DNA of 64,000 nt from Bacteroidaceae bacterium (GTDB lineage Bacteria > Bacteroidota > Bacteroidia > Bacteroidales > Bacteroidaceae): assembly GCA_017407905.1 (NCBI GenBank), contig JAFQVS010000045.1:8940-72939 (forward strand), given 5' to 3'. The position numbers were made by a program, and so were the translations under genes. Positions 47,054-56,910 of the stretch are shown here, in pieces. The number at the start of each line of letters is the position of its first letter. Position 1 is the first letter of the stretch. A model generated the notes under the pieces. That model made no database searches. It worked only from the letters and a program-made list of their open reading frames with translations, and had not been told where the DNA came from.

Positions 47054-48760
47054 ATGCAAAAGAGAATCATTGAGTGTGTGCCCAATTTTTCCGAGGGGCG
47101 TAACTTAGAGACAATCAAGCAGATTACCGACAGCATAGAGGCTGTAAAGGGTGTTAAATTATTAGACGTTGACCCGGGCGAGGCCACCAACCGCACGGTT
47201 GTTACCTTTGTGGGCGAGCCCGAGGCAGTGATGGACGCAGCCGTTGCATCAATAAAGCGTGCAACCGAGCTCATTGATATGCGTCAGCACAAGGGTGCAC
47301 ATCCGCGAATGGGCGCCTGCGACGTCTGCCCGCTTATTCCCGTGTCGGGCGTTACAATGGAGGAGTGTGCCGTGTTTGCACGCACCCTCGCCCGCCGCGT
47401 CTCAGACGAATTAGGCGTGCCCACATACTGCTACGAGGCCGCCGCATTCAAGCCCGAGCGCCGCAATCTTGCCGTGTGCCGCGAGGGAGAGTACGAGGCT
47501 CTGCCCGAGAAGATGGCCTGCGAGGAGAAGCGCCCCGATTTTGGCGCGCGCCCCTTCGACGAGGCTATTGCCCGCACGGGAGCCACCGCCGTCGGCGCCC
47601 GCGATTTTTTAGTAGCGGTGAATTTCAACCTTAACACAACATCCACCCGCAGAGCCAACGCCATCGCCTTCGACGTACGCGAGAAAGGGCGTCCCCGCCG
47701 CGAGGGCAACCCCATAGTAGGCAAAATAATCAAGGACGAGAATGGCGAGCCCATAATGATTCCCGGCACACTGAAAGACTGCAAGGCCATAGGCTGGTAC
47801 ATTCAGGAGTATGGCATTGCACAGGTGTCGATGAACATCACCAACCTCGCGTCAACGCCGTTGCACGCCGCCTTCGACGAGGTTTGCCGCGCCGCCGAGG
47901 CCCGCGGAGTGCGCGTAACGGGCACCGAGATTGTAGGCCTTGTGCCCAAGAAAGCCCTCACAGATGCGGGACGATATTTTCTGCACAAACAGCACCGTTC
48001 GACGGGTGTGCCCGAGAGAGAGCTGGTGCGCATAGCCATCGAGACAATGGGACTGTCGAACCTAAAGGAGTTTAAGCCCGAAGAGAAAATTGTCGAATAT
48101 ATCCTTGAGGCCGAGGAGCAGAAAGGCATAAGCAAGCTCGTGGATATGACCTGCGCCGCCTTTGCCGAGGAGACGGCAAGCGAGTCGCCCGCCCCCGGTG
48201 GAGGCTCAATCTCGGCCTATATGGGCGCATTGGGCGCAGCGCTGGGCGCAATGGTGGCCAACCTTTCATCGCACAAAGCAGGCTGGGACGAGCGTTGGGA
48301 ATTTTTCTCGCAATGGGCCGAGGAGGGCGTGAACATAATGAACCAACTCTTGGCGCTTGTCGATGAGGACACGGCAGCCTTCAACAAGATTATGGACGTC
48401 TTTGCAATGCCCAAAAACACCCCCGAAGAGAAGGCCGAACGTTCGCGCGCAATGCAGACAGCGACACTCTACGCCACACAGGTACCCCTGCGCACTATGC
48501 AGACAGCCTACAAGGTCTTTGACATTGTAAAGGCAATGGCCATCGAGGGCAACCCCAATTCCGTCTCCGACGCAGGTGTGGGCGCTCTTGCCGCACGCTC
48601 GGCAGTGATGGGCGCCTGCCTGAACGTAAAGATAAACGCCGCCGGACTGAAAGACCGCGACACCGCCGAGGCGCTTGTCAAAGAGGCCGAGGCCATACAG
48701 CAGCTTGCCCAAAAGGCCGAGCAAGAGATTCTTGCCATTGTCGAGAGTAAGATTGGTTGA
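47054..48760 (+). CDS. ftcD: Bifunctional glutamate formimidoyltransferase / formimidoyltetrahydrofolate cyclodeaminase
   Basis: 568 aa. The N-terminus IIECVPNFSEGRN...TNRTVVTFVG is the formiminotransferase signature. The C-terminal ~200 aa is an all-helical cyclodeaminase-like region (APGGGSISAYMGALGAAL). Confidence 0.88.
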   Translation: MQKRIIECVPNFSEGRNLETIKQITDSIEAVKGVKLLDVDPGEATNRTVVTFVGEPEAVMDAAVASIKRATELIDMRQHKGAHPRMGACDVCPLIPVSGVTMEECAVFARTLARRVSDELGVPTYCYEAAAFKPERRNLAVCREGEYEALPEKMACEEKRPDFGARPFDEAIARTGATAVGARDFLVAVNFNLNTTSTRRANAIAFDVREKGRPRREGNPIVGKIIKDENGEPIMIPGTLKDCKAIGWYIQEYGIAQVSMNITNLASTPLHAAFDEVCRAAEARGVRVTGTEIVGLVPKKALTDAGRYFLHKQHRSTGVPERELVRIAIETMGLSNLKEFKPEEKIVEYILEAEEQKGISKLVDMTCAAFAEETASESPAPGGGSISAYMGALGAALGAMVANLSSHKAGWDERWEFFSQWAEEGVNIMNQLLALVDEDTAAFNKIMDVFAMPKNTPEEKAERSRAMQTATLYATQVPLRTMQTAYKVFDIVKAMAIEGNPNSVSDAGVGALAARSAVMGACLNVKINAAGLKDRDTAEALVKEAEAIQQLAQKAEQEILAIVESKIG

Positions 48761-48837
48761 CGGGCACCCACGCAATAAAGAATCATCCCCCACCGACAAA
48801 AAAAACAGACAAAAGAACCCATAAGAGACAAAAAAAT

Positions 48838-50850
48838 ATGACCGATTTTCAAAGAGATATTTTGGCAGGAATCCCCGACATTCTGCCCCCGAAGAAGGCC
48901 TACGACACAACGGCCAACCACGCCCCCAAGCGAAAAGACATACTCAGCGACGAGCAGAAGAAGCTGGCTCTGGCAAACGCACTGCGCTATTTTCCCGCCA
49001 AGCACCACGCCGAGCTTGCCCCCGAGTTTCTCGACGAGCTTCGCGAGTATGGCCGCATATATATGTACCGTCTGCGCCCCGACTACGAGATGCACGCACG
49101 CCCCATCGACGAGTATCCTGCCCGCAACAAGCAGGCGGCAGCCATTATGCTGATGATACAAAATAACCTCGACAAGGCAGTGGCACAGCACCCGCACGAG
49201 CTCATCACATACGGCGGCAACGGCGCAGTGTTCCAAAATTGGGCACAGTATCGTCTGACGATGAAATATCTTGCCCAAATGACCGACGAGCAGACACTCG
49301 TAATGTACTCGGGACACCCTCTTGGGCTTTTCCCCTCGCACAAAGATGCTCCGCGTGTGATTGTAACAAATGGAATGGTAATTCCCAACCACTCGTCGCA
49401 GGACGATTGGGAGCGCTTCAACGCAATGGGCGTCTCGCAGTATGGACAGATGACAGCCGGCTCCTATATGTACATTGGCCCGCAAGGCATTGTCCACGGC
49501 ACCACAATCACTGTGATGAACGCCGCCCGCAAGCGTATGCAAGAGGGAGAGAGCGACCTGCGGGGAATGCTCTTCGTAACAGCAGGCCTCGGAGGAATGT
49601 CGGGCGCACAGCCTAAGGCCGGAAACATCTCGGGCGTTGTCAGCGTAACGGCCGAGATTAACATTGCCGCGGCCCAAAAGCGCTACAATCAAGGGTGGGT
49701 AGATGAGCTGCACACGTCGCTCGACGAGCTTATTCCCCGCATTCGCGAGGCAGTTGAAAAGAAAGAGATTGTATCATTTGCCTACGTGGGCAATGTGGTC
49801 GATTTATGGGAGCGCCTCGCCGACGAGGAGATAAACGTTACTTTGGGCTCGGACCAGACGTCGCTGCACAATCCGTGGGCCGGCGGATACTACCCCGTGG
49901 GCTACAGCTACGAGGAGTCGAACCGTATGATGGCCGAGGAGCCCGAGCGCTTCCGCGAGTGTGTACAAGCCTCGCTGCGCCGCCACGTAGCCGCAATCAA
50001 CAGGCTCACCGCCCGCGGAATGTATTTCTTCGACTATGGCAACGCCTTCCTGCTCGAAGCCTCACGCGCCGGCGCCGATATTCTAAAGGCCGACGGCACG
50101 TTCCGCTACCCCTCGTACGTACAAGATATTATGGGCCCGATGTTCTTCGACTACGGATTCGGCCCCTTCCGCTGGGTGTGCACCTCGGGCAAGGAGAAAG
50201 ACCTTGAGACAACCGACCGCCTTGCGGCCGAGGTACTCGAAAAGATGCTTGCCGATGCTCCCGCCGAGATTCGCGGACAGCTCGAAGACAATCTGCATTG
50301 GATACGCGAGGCCAAAGAGAACAGGCTCGTCGTGGGCTCTCAGGCACGCATCCTGTATGCCGACTCCGAGGGACGCACACGCATCGCCCTTGCCTTCAAC
50401 AAGGCAATAGAGAGAGGCGAAATTTCGGCCCCCGTGGTGCTTGGACGCGACCACCACGACGTATCGGGCACCGACTCGCCCTACCGCGAGACGTCGAACA
50501 TCTACGACGGCTCACAATTCTGCGCCGATATGGCAGTGCACAATGTCATCGGCGATTCGTTCCGCGGAGCAACGTGGGTATCCATCCACAATGGCGGCGG
50601 CGTAGGCTGGGGCGAGGTTATAAACGGTGGCTTCGGAATGGTAATAGACGGCAGCAGCGACGCAGCACGACACATCGAGGAGATGCTCCTCTGGGACGTC
50701 AACAACGGCATTGCGCGTCGCAGTTGGGCACGCAACAAGGGTGCAATTTTTGCAATCAAACGACAGATGGAGCGCACCCCTCTTTTGCAGGTTACACTGC
50801 CCAACATTGCCGACGCCTCTTTAATAGAAAAAGTATTTAACAACCACTAA
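48838..50850 (+). CDS. hutU: Urocanate hydratase
   Basis: The start was moved to ATG 48838 (MTDFQRDIL...); the ORF-track start at 48757 overlaps the end of ftcD. Motifs TYGGNGAVFQNW, GLGGMSGAQ and GRDHHDVSGTDSPYRETS. Confidence 0.93.
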   Translation: MTDFQRDILAGIPDILPPKKAYDTTANHAPKRKDILSDEQKKLALANALRYFPAKHHAELAPEFLDELREYGRIYMYRLRPDYEMHARPIDEYPARNKQAAAIMLMIQNNLDKAVAQHPHELITYGGNGAVFQNWAQYRLTMKYLAQMTDEQTLVMYSGHPLGLFPSHKDAPRVIVTNGMVIPNHSSQDDWERFNAMGVSQYGQMTAGSYMYIGPQGIVHGTTITVMNAARKRMQEGESDLRGMLFVTAGLGGMSGAQPKAGNISGVVSVTAEINIAAAQKRYNQGWVDELHTSLDELIPRIREAVEKKEIVSFAYVGNVVDLWERLADEEINVTLGSDQTSLHNPWAGGYYPVGYSYEESNRMMAEEPERFRECVQASLRRHVAAINRLTARGMYFFDYGNAFLLEASRAGADILKADGTFRYPSYVQDIMGPMFFDYGFGPFRWVCTSGKEKDLETTDRLAAEVLEKMLADAPAEIRGQLEDNLHWIREAKENRLVVGSQARILYADSEGRTRIALAFNKAIERGEISAPVVLGRDHHDVSGTDSPYRETSNIYDGSQFCADMAVHNVIGDSFRGATWVSIHNGGGVGWGEVINGGFGMVIDGSSDAARHIEEMLLWDVNNGIARRSWARNKGAIFAIKRQMERTPLLQVTLPNIADASLIEKVFNNH

Positions 50851-50861
50851 AAACAACAATT

Positions 50862-52352
50862 ATGATACATTATATAAGCGCCCAACATCTAAGCATTGCA
50901 CGGGTCGAGGAGATTTTGACAAAAGGGTATAAATTGGCCTTGAGCGACGATGCAAAAGAGCGCATCAACCACTGCCGCGAGTATCTCGACCGCAAAATGG
51001 AGGATACACAAAATCCCATCTACGGCGTAACAACAGGATTCGGCTCGCTGTGCAATATCTCGGTCGATAAAGAGAATCTGTCGCAACTGCAAAAGAACCT
51101 TATGATGTCGCACGCCTGCGGCACGGGACAGCGCGTCCCCTCCGAGATTGCCCGCCTGATGCTTCTGCTCAAGGTGCAATCGCTCTCTTACGGACACTCG
51201 GGCGTGCAGCTCGTTACCGTCGAGCGCCTCGTTGATATGTTCAACAACAACATTATCCCCGTTGTCTATGAGCAGGGCTCGCTGGGAGCCTCGGGCGACC
51301 TTTCGCCGCTGGCCCATATGTGCCTCCCCCTGATAGGATTGGGCGAGGTAGAAATTGACGGCAGCATTGTCGATGGCGCCACAATGATGCAGCGAATGGG
51401 GTGGCAGCCCATCACACTATGCTCGAAAGAGGGCCTTGCGCTATTGAACGGCACACAATTTATGTCGGCATACGGAGTATATTCGATAATAAACGCAATG
51501 CGTCTGAGCCGTTGGGCCGATTATATCGGCGCAATGTCAATAGACGCCTTCGACGGGCGCATCGAGCCGTTCGAGCACAGCGTGCACGCCATTCGTCCGC
51601 ACAACGGACAGATTCAAACGGCAAAGGCCGTGCGCGAGATTCTCAGTGGCAGCGAGATTATCAAGCAACCCAAGAAGCACGTGCAAGACCCCTACTCGTT
51701 CCGCTGTATCCCGCAGGTACACGGCGCCTCGAAAGACACAATCGCCTACGTTGCCCACATTCTTGAGACCGAGATAAACTCGGCAACCGACAACCCCACA
51801 ATATTCCCCGACACCGACGAGGTAATCTCGGCCGGCAATTTCCACGGACAGCCCATTGCCCTTGCGATGGATTTTCTGGCCATTGCAATGGCCGAGCTTG
51901 GAAATATCTCGGAGCGTCGCGTCTATCGCATAATCTCGGGCGTGCGCGGCCTGCCCCACTTCCTTGTGGTTAATCCGGGCCTCAACAGTGGCTTTATGAT
52001 TCCCCAATATACGGCAGCATCCATCGTGAGCCAATCGAAAGGCCTATGCTGGCCCGCGTCGTGCGACTCAATTCCCTCGTCGCAGGGACAGGAAGACCAC
52101 GTCAGTATGGGCTCGAACGCCGCCACCAAACTGCTGAAGGTTGTACAGAACACCGAGCGCATCCTTGCCATCGAGCTTATGAACGCCGCGCAGGCGCTCG
52201 AATTCCGCCGCCCGCTAAAATCGTCCCCGGACATCGAGGCCATTTACAGCGCCTACCGCAAGATAGTCCCCTTTGTCGATAACGACACGGTAATGTACCC
52301 CTACATTGCACAATCGGTAAAATTCCTAAACGATTATGAGCTTGCTCGTTAA
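50862..52352 (+). CDS. hutH: Histidine ammonia-lyase
   Basis: 496 aa. The MIO-forming motif GSLGASGDLSPLAH is present. Confidence 0.95.
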   Translation: MIHYISAQHLSIARVEEILTKGYKLALSDDAKERINHCREYLDRKMEDTQNPIYGVTTGFGSLCNISVDKENLSQLQKNLMMSHACGTGQRVPSEIARLMLLLKVQSLSYGHSGVQLVTVERLVDMFNNNIIPVVYEQGSLGASGDLSPLAHMCLPLIGLGEVEIDGSIVDGATMMQRMGWQPITLCSKEGLALLNGTQFMSAYGVYSIINAMRLSRWADYIGAMSIDAFDGRIEPFEHSVHAIRPHNGQIQTAKAVREILSGSEIIKQPKKHVQDPYSFRCIPQVHGASKDTIAYVAHILETEINSATDNPTIFPDTDEVISAGNFHGQPIALAMDFLAIAMAELGNISERRVYRIISGVRGLPHFLVVNPGLNSGFMIPQYTAASIVSQSKGLCWPASCDSIPSSQGQEDHVSMGSNAATKLLKVVQNTERILAIELMNAAQALEFRRPLKSSPDIEAIYSAYRKIVPFVDNDTVMYPYIAQSVKFLNDYELAR

Positions 52353-53571
52353 GAATATAGGCCTTCTTGTGGGCATCGACGAGAGCGGACGCCTCAGAGT
52401 GGCGGGCGAGGCAATGAAGAGCATCGCCACACTCCCCGATGCGTGGCTTCTGACCGAGGGCACCCGCATAAAGGACTACGGCCCTATGGAGCAGCTGCCC
52501 ACCGAGACACCCTCTTCGACCCTCGACGCCGAGGGTGGCTGGCTGCTACCCTCGTACTGCGACTCGCACACACACATTGTCTATGCCGGCAGCCGCGAGA
52601 GAGAGTTTCTCGACAAGATAAACGGCCTCTCGTACGAGCAGATAGCCGCCAACGGCGGCGGCATTCTAAACTCGGCCGACCGTCTGCACGACACCCCCGA
52701 GGACGAGCTCTATCGTCAGGCAATGGAGCGCATCGACGAGATTGTGTCGATGGGTACCGGCCTTGTCGAGATAAAATCGGGCTACGGCCTCACCCTCGAC
52801 GACGAGCTTAAGATTCTGCGCGTAATACGCCGCATAAAAGAGAACGCCCCGCTCGAGGTGCGCGCCACCTTTTTGGGTGCGCACGCCGTGGGGCGAGCCT
52901 TCAAGGGTCGTCAGCGCGATTATGTCAATCACGTGTGCGACGAGATGATTCCCGCCGTGGCCGCCGAGCATCTGGCCGACTTTATCGACGTATTCTGCGA
53001 CCGAGGTTTCTTCACCCCCGAAGAGACGGCACAGATTATAGAGCGCGGAGCCGCCTACGGCCTCAGCGCCAAGATACACGCCAACGAGCTTGCCGTATCG
53101 GGTGGCGTCGAGGTGGGCGTTCGGCATAAAGCCCTCTCGGTCGATCACCTCGAATCAATGGGCGACGAGCAGATTCAGGCACTAAAAGGCAGCGACACAA
53201 TCCCCACGATGCTCCCCGGATGCGCCTTCTTCTTGGGCATAAGCTATCCTCCCGCACGCAAAATGATTGACGCAGGCCTTGCCGTGGCACTCGCCTCGGA
53301 CTATAATCCCGGCACAGCCCCCTCGGGCAATATGCGCTTCGTGGCATCGTTGGCAAGCATAAAAATGAAGATGACCCCCGCCGAGGCACTCAACGCCTCG
53401 ACACTGAACAGCGCCTGCGCAATGGGCCTCAGCAACGACTACGGCTCCATAACACGCGGCAAGGTAGCCAATTTCTACATCACCAAGCCACTGCCCTCGC
53501 TCGCCTTTATTCCCTATGCACATCAAACACCCATAATAAAGAAAATAGTACTCAAAGGCAAGTTGCAGTAA
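52336..53571 (+). CDS. hutI: Imidazolonepropionase
   Basis: 411 aa. Amidohydrolase metal motif CDSHTHIVYAG, plus KIHANEL and ASDYNPG. Overlaps hutH by 17 nt. Confidence 0.93.
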   Translation: MSLLVKNIGLLVGIDESGRLRVAGEAMKSIATLPDAWLLTEGTRIKDYGPMEQLPTETPSSTLDAEGGWLLPSYCDSHTHIVYAGSREREFLDKINGLSYEQIAANGGGILNSADRLHDTPEDELYRQAMERIDEIVSMGTGLVEIKSGYGLTLDDELKILRVIRRIKENAPLEVRATFLGAHAVGRAFKGRQRDYVNHVCDEMIPAVAAEHLADFIDVFCDRGFFTPEETAQIIERGAAYGLSAKIHANELAVSGGVEVGVRHKALSVDHLESMGDEQIQALKGSDTIPTMLPGCAFFLGISYPPARKMIDAGLAVALASDYNPGTAPSGNMRFVASLASIKMKMTPAEALNASTLNSACAMGLSNDYGSITRGKVANFYITKPLPSLAFIPYAHQTPIIKKIVLKGKLQ

Positions 53572-53590
53572 TAAACAACAGTTTCCCAAA

Positions 53591-53634
53591 CAAGCGAGTG
53601 TGAATCAAATATTTGATTCACACTCGCTTGTTTG
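53591..53634 (+). terminator. Rho-independent terminator of the hut operon
   Basis: Perfect 20-bp palindrome CAAGCGAGTGTGAATCAAAT (53591-53610) / ATTTGATTCACACTCGCTTG (53611-53630), followed by TTTG. Confidence 0.8.
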
Positions 53635-53869
53635 AATGAACCAGCTTAAAAAAAACTCTAATATATCAAACAGTGATAAAACGAGCATAAAAAGGCAAGA
53701 ATAACTCACTCACAAAATAAACATAAATCTCGAAAAAAAATTAAACAGTTTTATATAATAACCCCACAAATTCATCGTAAACCACATTCTCTTTAGACAT
53801 ATATAAATAGCAAGAAAGAGAGGGTCGGCGGTTAATCGACATTATCAATGCCTCCATTTATTTAATCGT

Positions 53870-53900
53870 TTTGATAAATAGAAATTATAAATTACCTTTG
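53870..53900 (+). promoter_or_regulatory. Bacteroidetes-type promoter for the thioredoxin gene
   Basis: TTTG at 53870-53873, a 19-nt spacer, then TACCTTTG at 53893-53900, about 42 nt upstream of the ATG at 53942. Confidence 0.65.
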
Positions 53901-53941
53901 CGCAAGAAGAATAATTATTAACCCTTTAAAAACTATATGCT

Positions 53942-54304
53942 ATGGCAACAATAAATTTAACAAAAGATGGATTCGAGAAAATAACATCCTACACAGGAGC
54001 AATCCAAGGTAATTGGGAATATATTGGAAACAAACCGGCAGTCATAGATTTTTATGCCCCGTGGTGCGGCCCCTGCAAAATGCTCTCTCCCATACTCGAA
54101 GAGCTATCAGAAGAGTATTCAGGACAAATTGATATATACAAAGTAAATGTTGATAACGAAGAAGAACTCTCTACCCTATTAGAAATCAGAAGCGTGCCGA
54201 CACTCATTTTTATTCCTATGCAATCGGAGCCACAAAAAGCTGTCGGAGCATTATCCAAGCAGCAACTAAAAAAGATTTTTGAAGATTTTTTACTACAACA
54301 CTAA
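53942..54304 (+). CDS. Thioredoxin
   Basis: 120 aa. Active site FYAPWCGPCK and later RSVPTLIF. Confidence 0.9.
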   Translation: MATINLTKDGFEKITSYTGAIQGNWEYIGNKPAVIDFYAPWCGPCKMLSPILEELSEEYSGQIDIYKVNVDNEEELSTLLEIRSVPTLIFIPMQSEPQKAVGALSKQQLKKIFEDFLLQH

Positions 54305-54389
54305 GAAACCGACAAGAGCGTCTCGAGCAGAGAATAATCCCCCCCAAAAAAAATAAACCCTTTCTAAACAAGTTATTATAAATTCAAGT

Positions 54390-56855
54390 ATGAAAAGCCC
54401 AACCCCCACATATATAATAGTAGGCGGAGTAGCAGGTGGTGCTACAGCCGCGGCACGCATCCGCCGCAATTCCGAATATGCCAAAATCATTCTATTCGAG
54501 AAAGGAGAGTATATCTCATACGCCAACTGCGGCCTACCTTATTACATCGGAGGCGTCATAGAAGAGCGTGAGCGTCTTTTCGTTCAGACGCCCGAAGCAT
54601 TCGGCCGACGATTCAACATTGACGTACGCATCAATAGCGAGGTAATGCGAATAGAGCCCGAGAAGAAATTAGTACACATACGCACATCCAATGGAGACGA
54701 ATATACAGAAGCATACGACAAGCTACTACTCTCCCCCGGAGCAACACCCGTTCGTCCCCCCTTACCGGGCATTGAGAACGAGGGTATATATACATTACGC
54801 AACATAGCCGACACAGACAAAATCAAGAACTACATACAACAACACAACGTAAAACGCGCCGTAATAGTTGGAGGCGGATTCATCGGCCTTGAAATGGCCG
54901 AAAACATCCACCGTACAGGCGCCGAGGTTGCAGTAGTAGAAATGGCTAATCAAGTGATGACCCCTATCGACTTCTCTATGGCATCCATCGTACACCAACA
55001 TCTGCAAGAAAAAGGCATACAATTATATCTGAATCAAGCAGTAGAATCCTTTACACGTGAAAATGACATACTGAAAGTACATTTTAAATCGGGAATAAAG
55101 CTCGAAGCCGATTTTATTCTGCTCTCCATAGGAGTGAGGGCACAAACAAATTTAGCCCGCGAAGCAGGCTTAAAAATAGGCGAGGCACAAGGAATCTATG
55201 TAAATGAATTTTTACAGACGTCAAATGAATCTATCTATGCCGTCGGTGATGCCATAGAATATCCCCACCCTATAACAGGAAAGCCTTGGTTAAATTTTCT
55301 GGCAGGCCCGGCAAACCGTCAGGCACGCATCGCCGCAGATAATATGGTATTCGACAACATCAATACTTATGAAGGCTCTATCGGCACAGCAATAGCCAAA
55401 GTATTCGACATCACAGTGGCATCTACCGGTCTTGCGGCCAAAAGGCTGAAACAAATGAACATACCCTATCTATCCTCGACCATACATACAGGTTCACACG
55501 CTGGATACTACCCCGGTTCCTTGCCAATGGACATAAAAATCACATTCTCGCCAAGCGACGGACGACTCTATGGGGCACAGATAATAGGATACGACGGAGT
55601 GGACAAACGCATCGACCAATATGCCTTTGCCATCAAAAACGGAGCAACGGTAGAAACCCTCACCCGAATGGAACACGCATACGCACCCCCATTCTCATCG
55701 GCAAAAGACCCGATAGCCATCTCGGGATATGTAGCAGAAAATATTCTTACCGACAAGATGACACCACTTTACTGGCGCGAATTGCAAAATGCAAATCTTT
55801 CAAAAGTAACACTCGTAGATGTACGCACCCCCGATGAAGCCGCGCTTGGGAGCATTCAGGGAGCCATTAACATCCCATTGGACAATTTGCGCGAACGAAT
55901 GAGCGAAATTCCAAAAGACCGTCCCGTATATCTCTTTTGCGAAGTAGGATTACGTGGATACCTCGCCTCCAATATACTAAAAGGATGCGGATACAAAGAC
56001 GTACGCAACCTTATAGGAGGGCTTAAGACATACGAAACAGCAACAAAACCCATTGAAACTCCAACTCAAGGTGCAAAAGAGAATAAGAATGGTTGCACTC
56101 CTACTGCTTCGTGCAGCGAAAGCACTGTTGTTGTCAAGGTCGATGCCTGCGGCATACAATGTCCCGGCCCCATTCTAAAGCTAAAGAAAAGCATAGAGAG
56201 TTTGCAACCGGGACAACTAATTGAAGTACGTTCCACAGACGCAGGCTTCCCACAGGATGCAGCATCTTGGTGTTCAAGCACAGGGAACAAATTCATAGAG
56301 AAACGCACAGAAAAAGGCATCCACTACGTACTTATAGAGAAATCCGCACCTAAAGACATCGAAAAAGCAAAAATAACAAACGACGAAAAGGGTAAAACAT
56401 TTATTCTATTTAGCGACGACCTTGACAAAGCCTTGGCAACCTTTGTATTAGCCAATGGCGCTGCCGCTACGGGCAAAAAGGTAACAATATTCTTCACATT
56501 CTGGGGGCTGAATACCATAAAAAAGTCTCATAAACCGAATGTAAAGAAAGACCTGCTGGGACGAATGTTTGGATGGCTGCTACCCTCGGACACAAAAAAG
56601 CTGTCCCTATCAAAAATGAATATGGCAGGCATAGGAGCCAAAATGATGCGCTTCATAATGAGGCGCAAAGGAGTCGATTCATTGGAAAGCCTTCGCCAAC
56701 AAGCCATCGACAACGGAGTAGAATTTATAGCCTGTCAAATGTCAATGGATGTAATGGGAATAAAACGTGAGGAGCTACTCGACGAAGTCAATATTGGCGG
56801 CGTAGCCACCTATATGGACAGAGCCGAACAATCCAACGTAAACCTATTCATCTGA
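54390..56855 (+). CDS. Four-domain fusion: CoA-disulfide reductase-like FAD oxidoreductase + rhodanese + TusA/SirA-like + DsrE/DsrF-like
   Basis: 821 aa. The domains in order are:
- FAD motif IIVGGVAGGATAA, with redox Cys in SYANCGLPYY
- rhodanese, with Cys in VYLFCEVGLRG
- TusA motif VDACGIQCPGP
- DsrE-like tail (KTFILFSDDLDKALATFVLANGAAATGKKVTIFFTFWG ... FIACQMSMDVMG). Confidence 0.85.
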   Translation: MKSPTPTYIIVGGVAGGATAAARIRRNSEYAKIILFEKGEYISYANCGLPYYIGGVIEERERLFVQTPEAFGRRFNIDVRINSEVMRIEPEKKLVHIRTSNGDEYTEAYDKLLLSPGATPVRPPLPGIENEGIYTLRNIADTDKIKNYIQQHNVKRAVIVGGGFIGLEMAENIHRTGAEVAVVEMANQVMTPIDFSMASIVHQHLQEKGIQLYLNQAVESFTRENDILKVHFKSGIKLEADFILLSIGVRAQTNLAREAGLKIGEAQGIYVNEFLQTSNESIYAVGDAIEYPHPITGKPWLNFLAGPANRQARIAADNMVFDNINTYEGSIGTAIAKVFDITVASTGLAAKRLKQMNIPYLSSTIHTGSHAGYYPGSLPMDIKITFSPSDGRLYGAQIIGYDGVDKRIDQYAFAIKNGATVETLTRMEHAYAPPFSSAKDPIAISGYVAENILTDKMTPLYWRELQNANLSKVTLVDVRTPDEAALGSIQGAINIPLDNLRERMSEIPKDRPVYLFCEVGLRGYLASNILKGCGYKDVRNLIGGLKTYETATKPIETPTQGAKENKNGCTPTASCSESTVVVKVDACGIQCPGPILKLKKSIESLQPGQLIEVRSTDAGFPQDAASWCSSTGNKFIEKRTEKGIHYVLIEKSAPKDIEKAKITNDEKGKTFILFSDDLDKALATFVLANGAAATGKKVTIFFTFWGLNTIKKSHKPNVKKDLLGRMFGWLLPSDTKKLSLSKMNMAGIGAKMMRFIMRRKGVDSLESLRQQAIDNGVEFIACQMSMDVMGIKREELLDEVNIGGVATYMDRAEQSNVNLFI

Positions 56856-56910
56856 TTATGAAACTATTTATCCGTAAGCCGACTAAATTTTATTATAAAA
56901 AGATTCTCTT

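Noticed and set aside
53840-53880. 7-bp inverted repeat TTATCAA ... TTGATAA and direct TTAATCG repeats upstream of the thioredoxin promoter, as an OxyR operator
   Set aside because: The repeats are short and AT-rich in a very AT-rich spacer, and they do not clearly match the ATAG-N7-CTAT type LysR/OxyR pattern. They cannot be distinguished from chance without comparative data.
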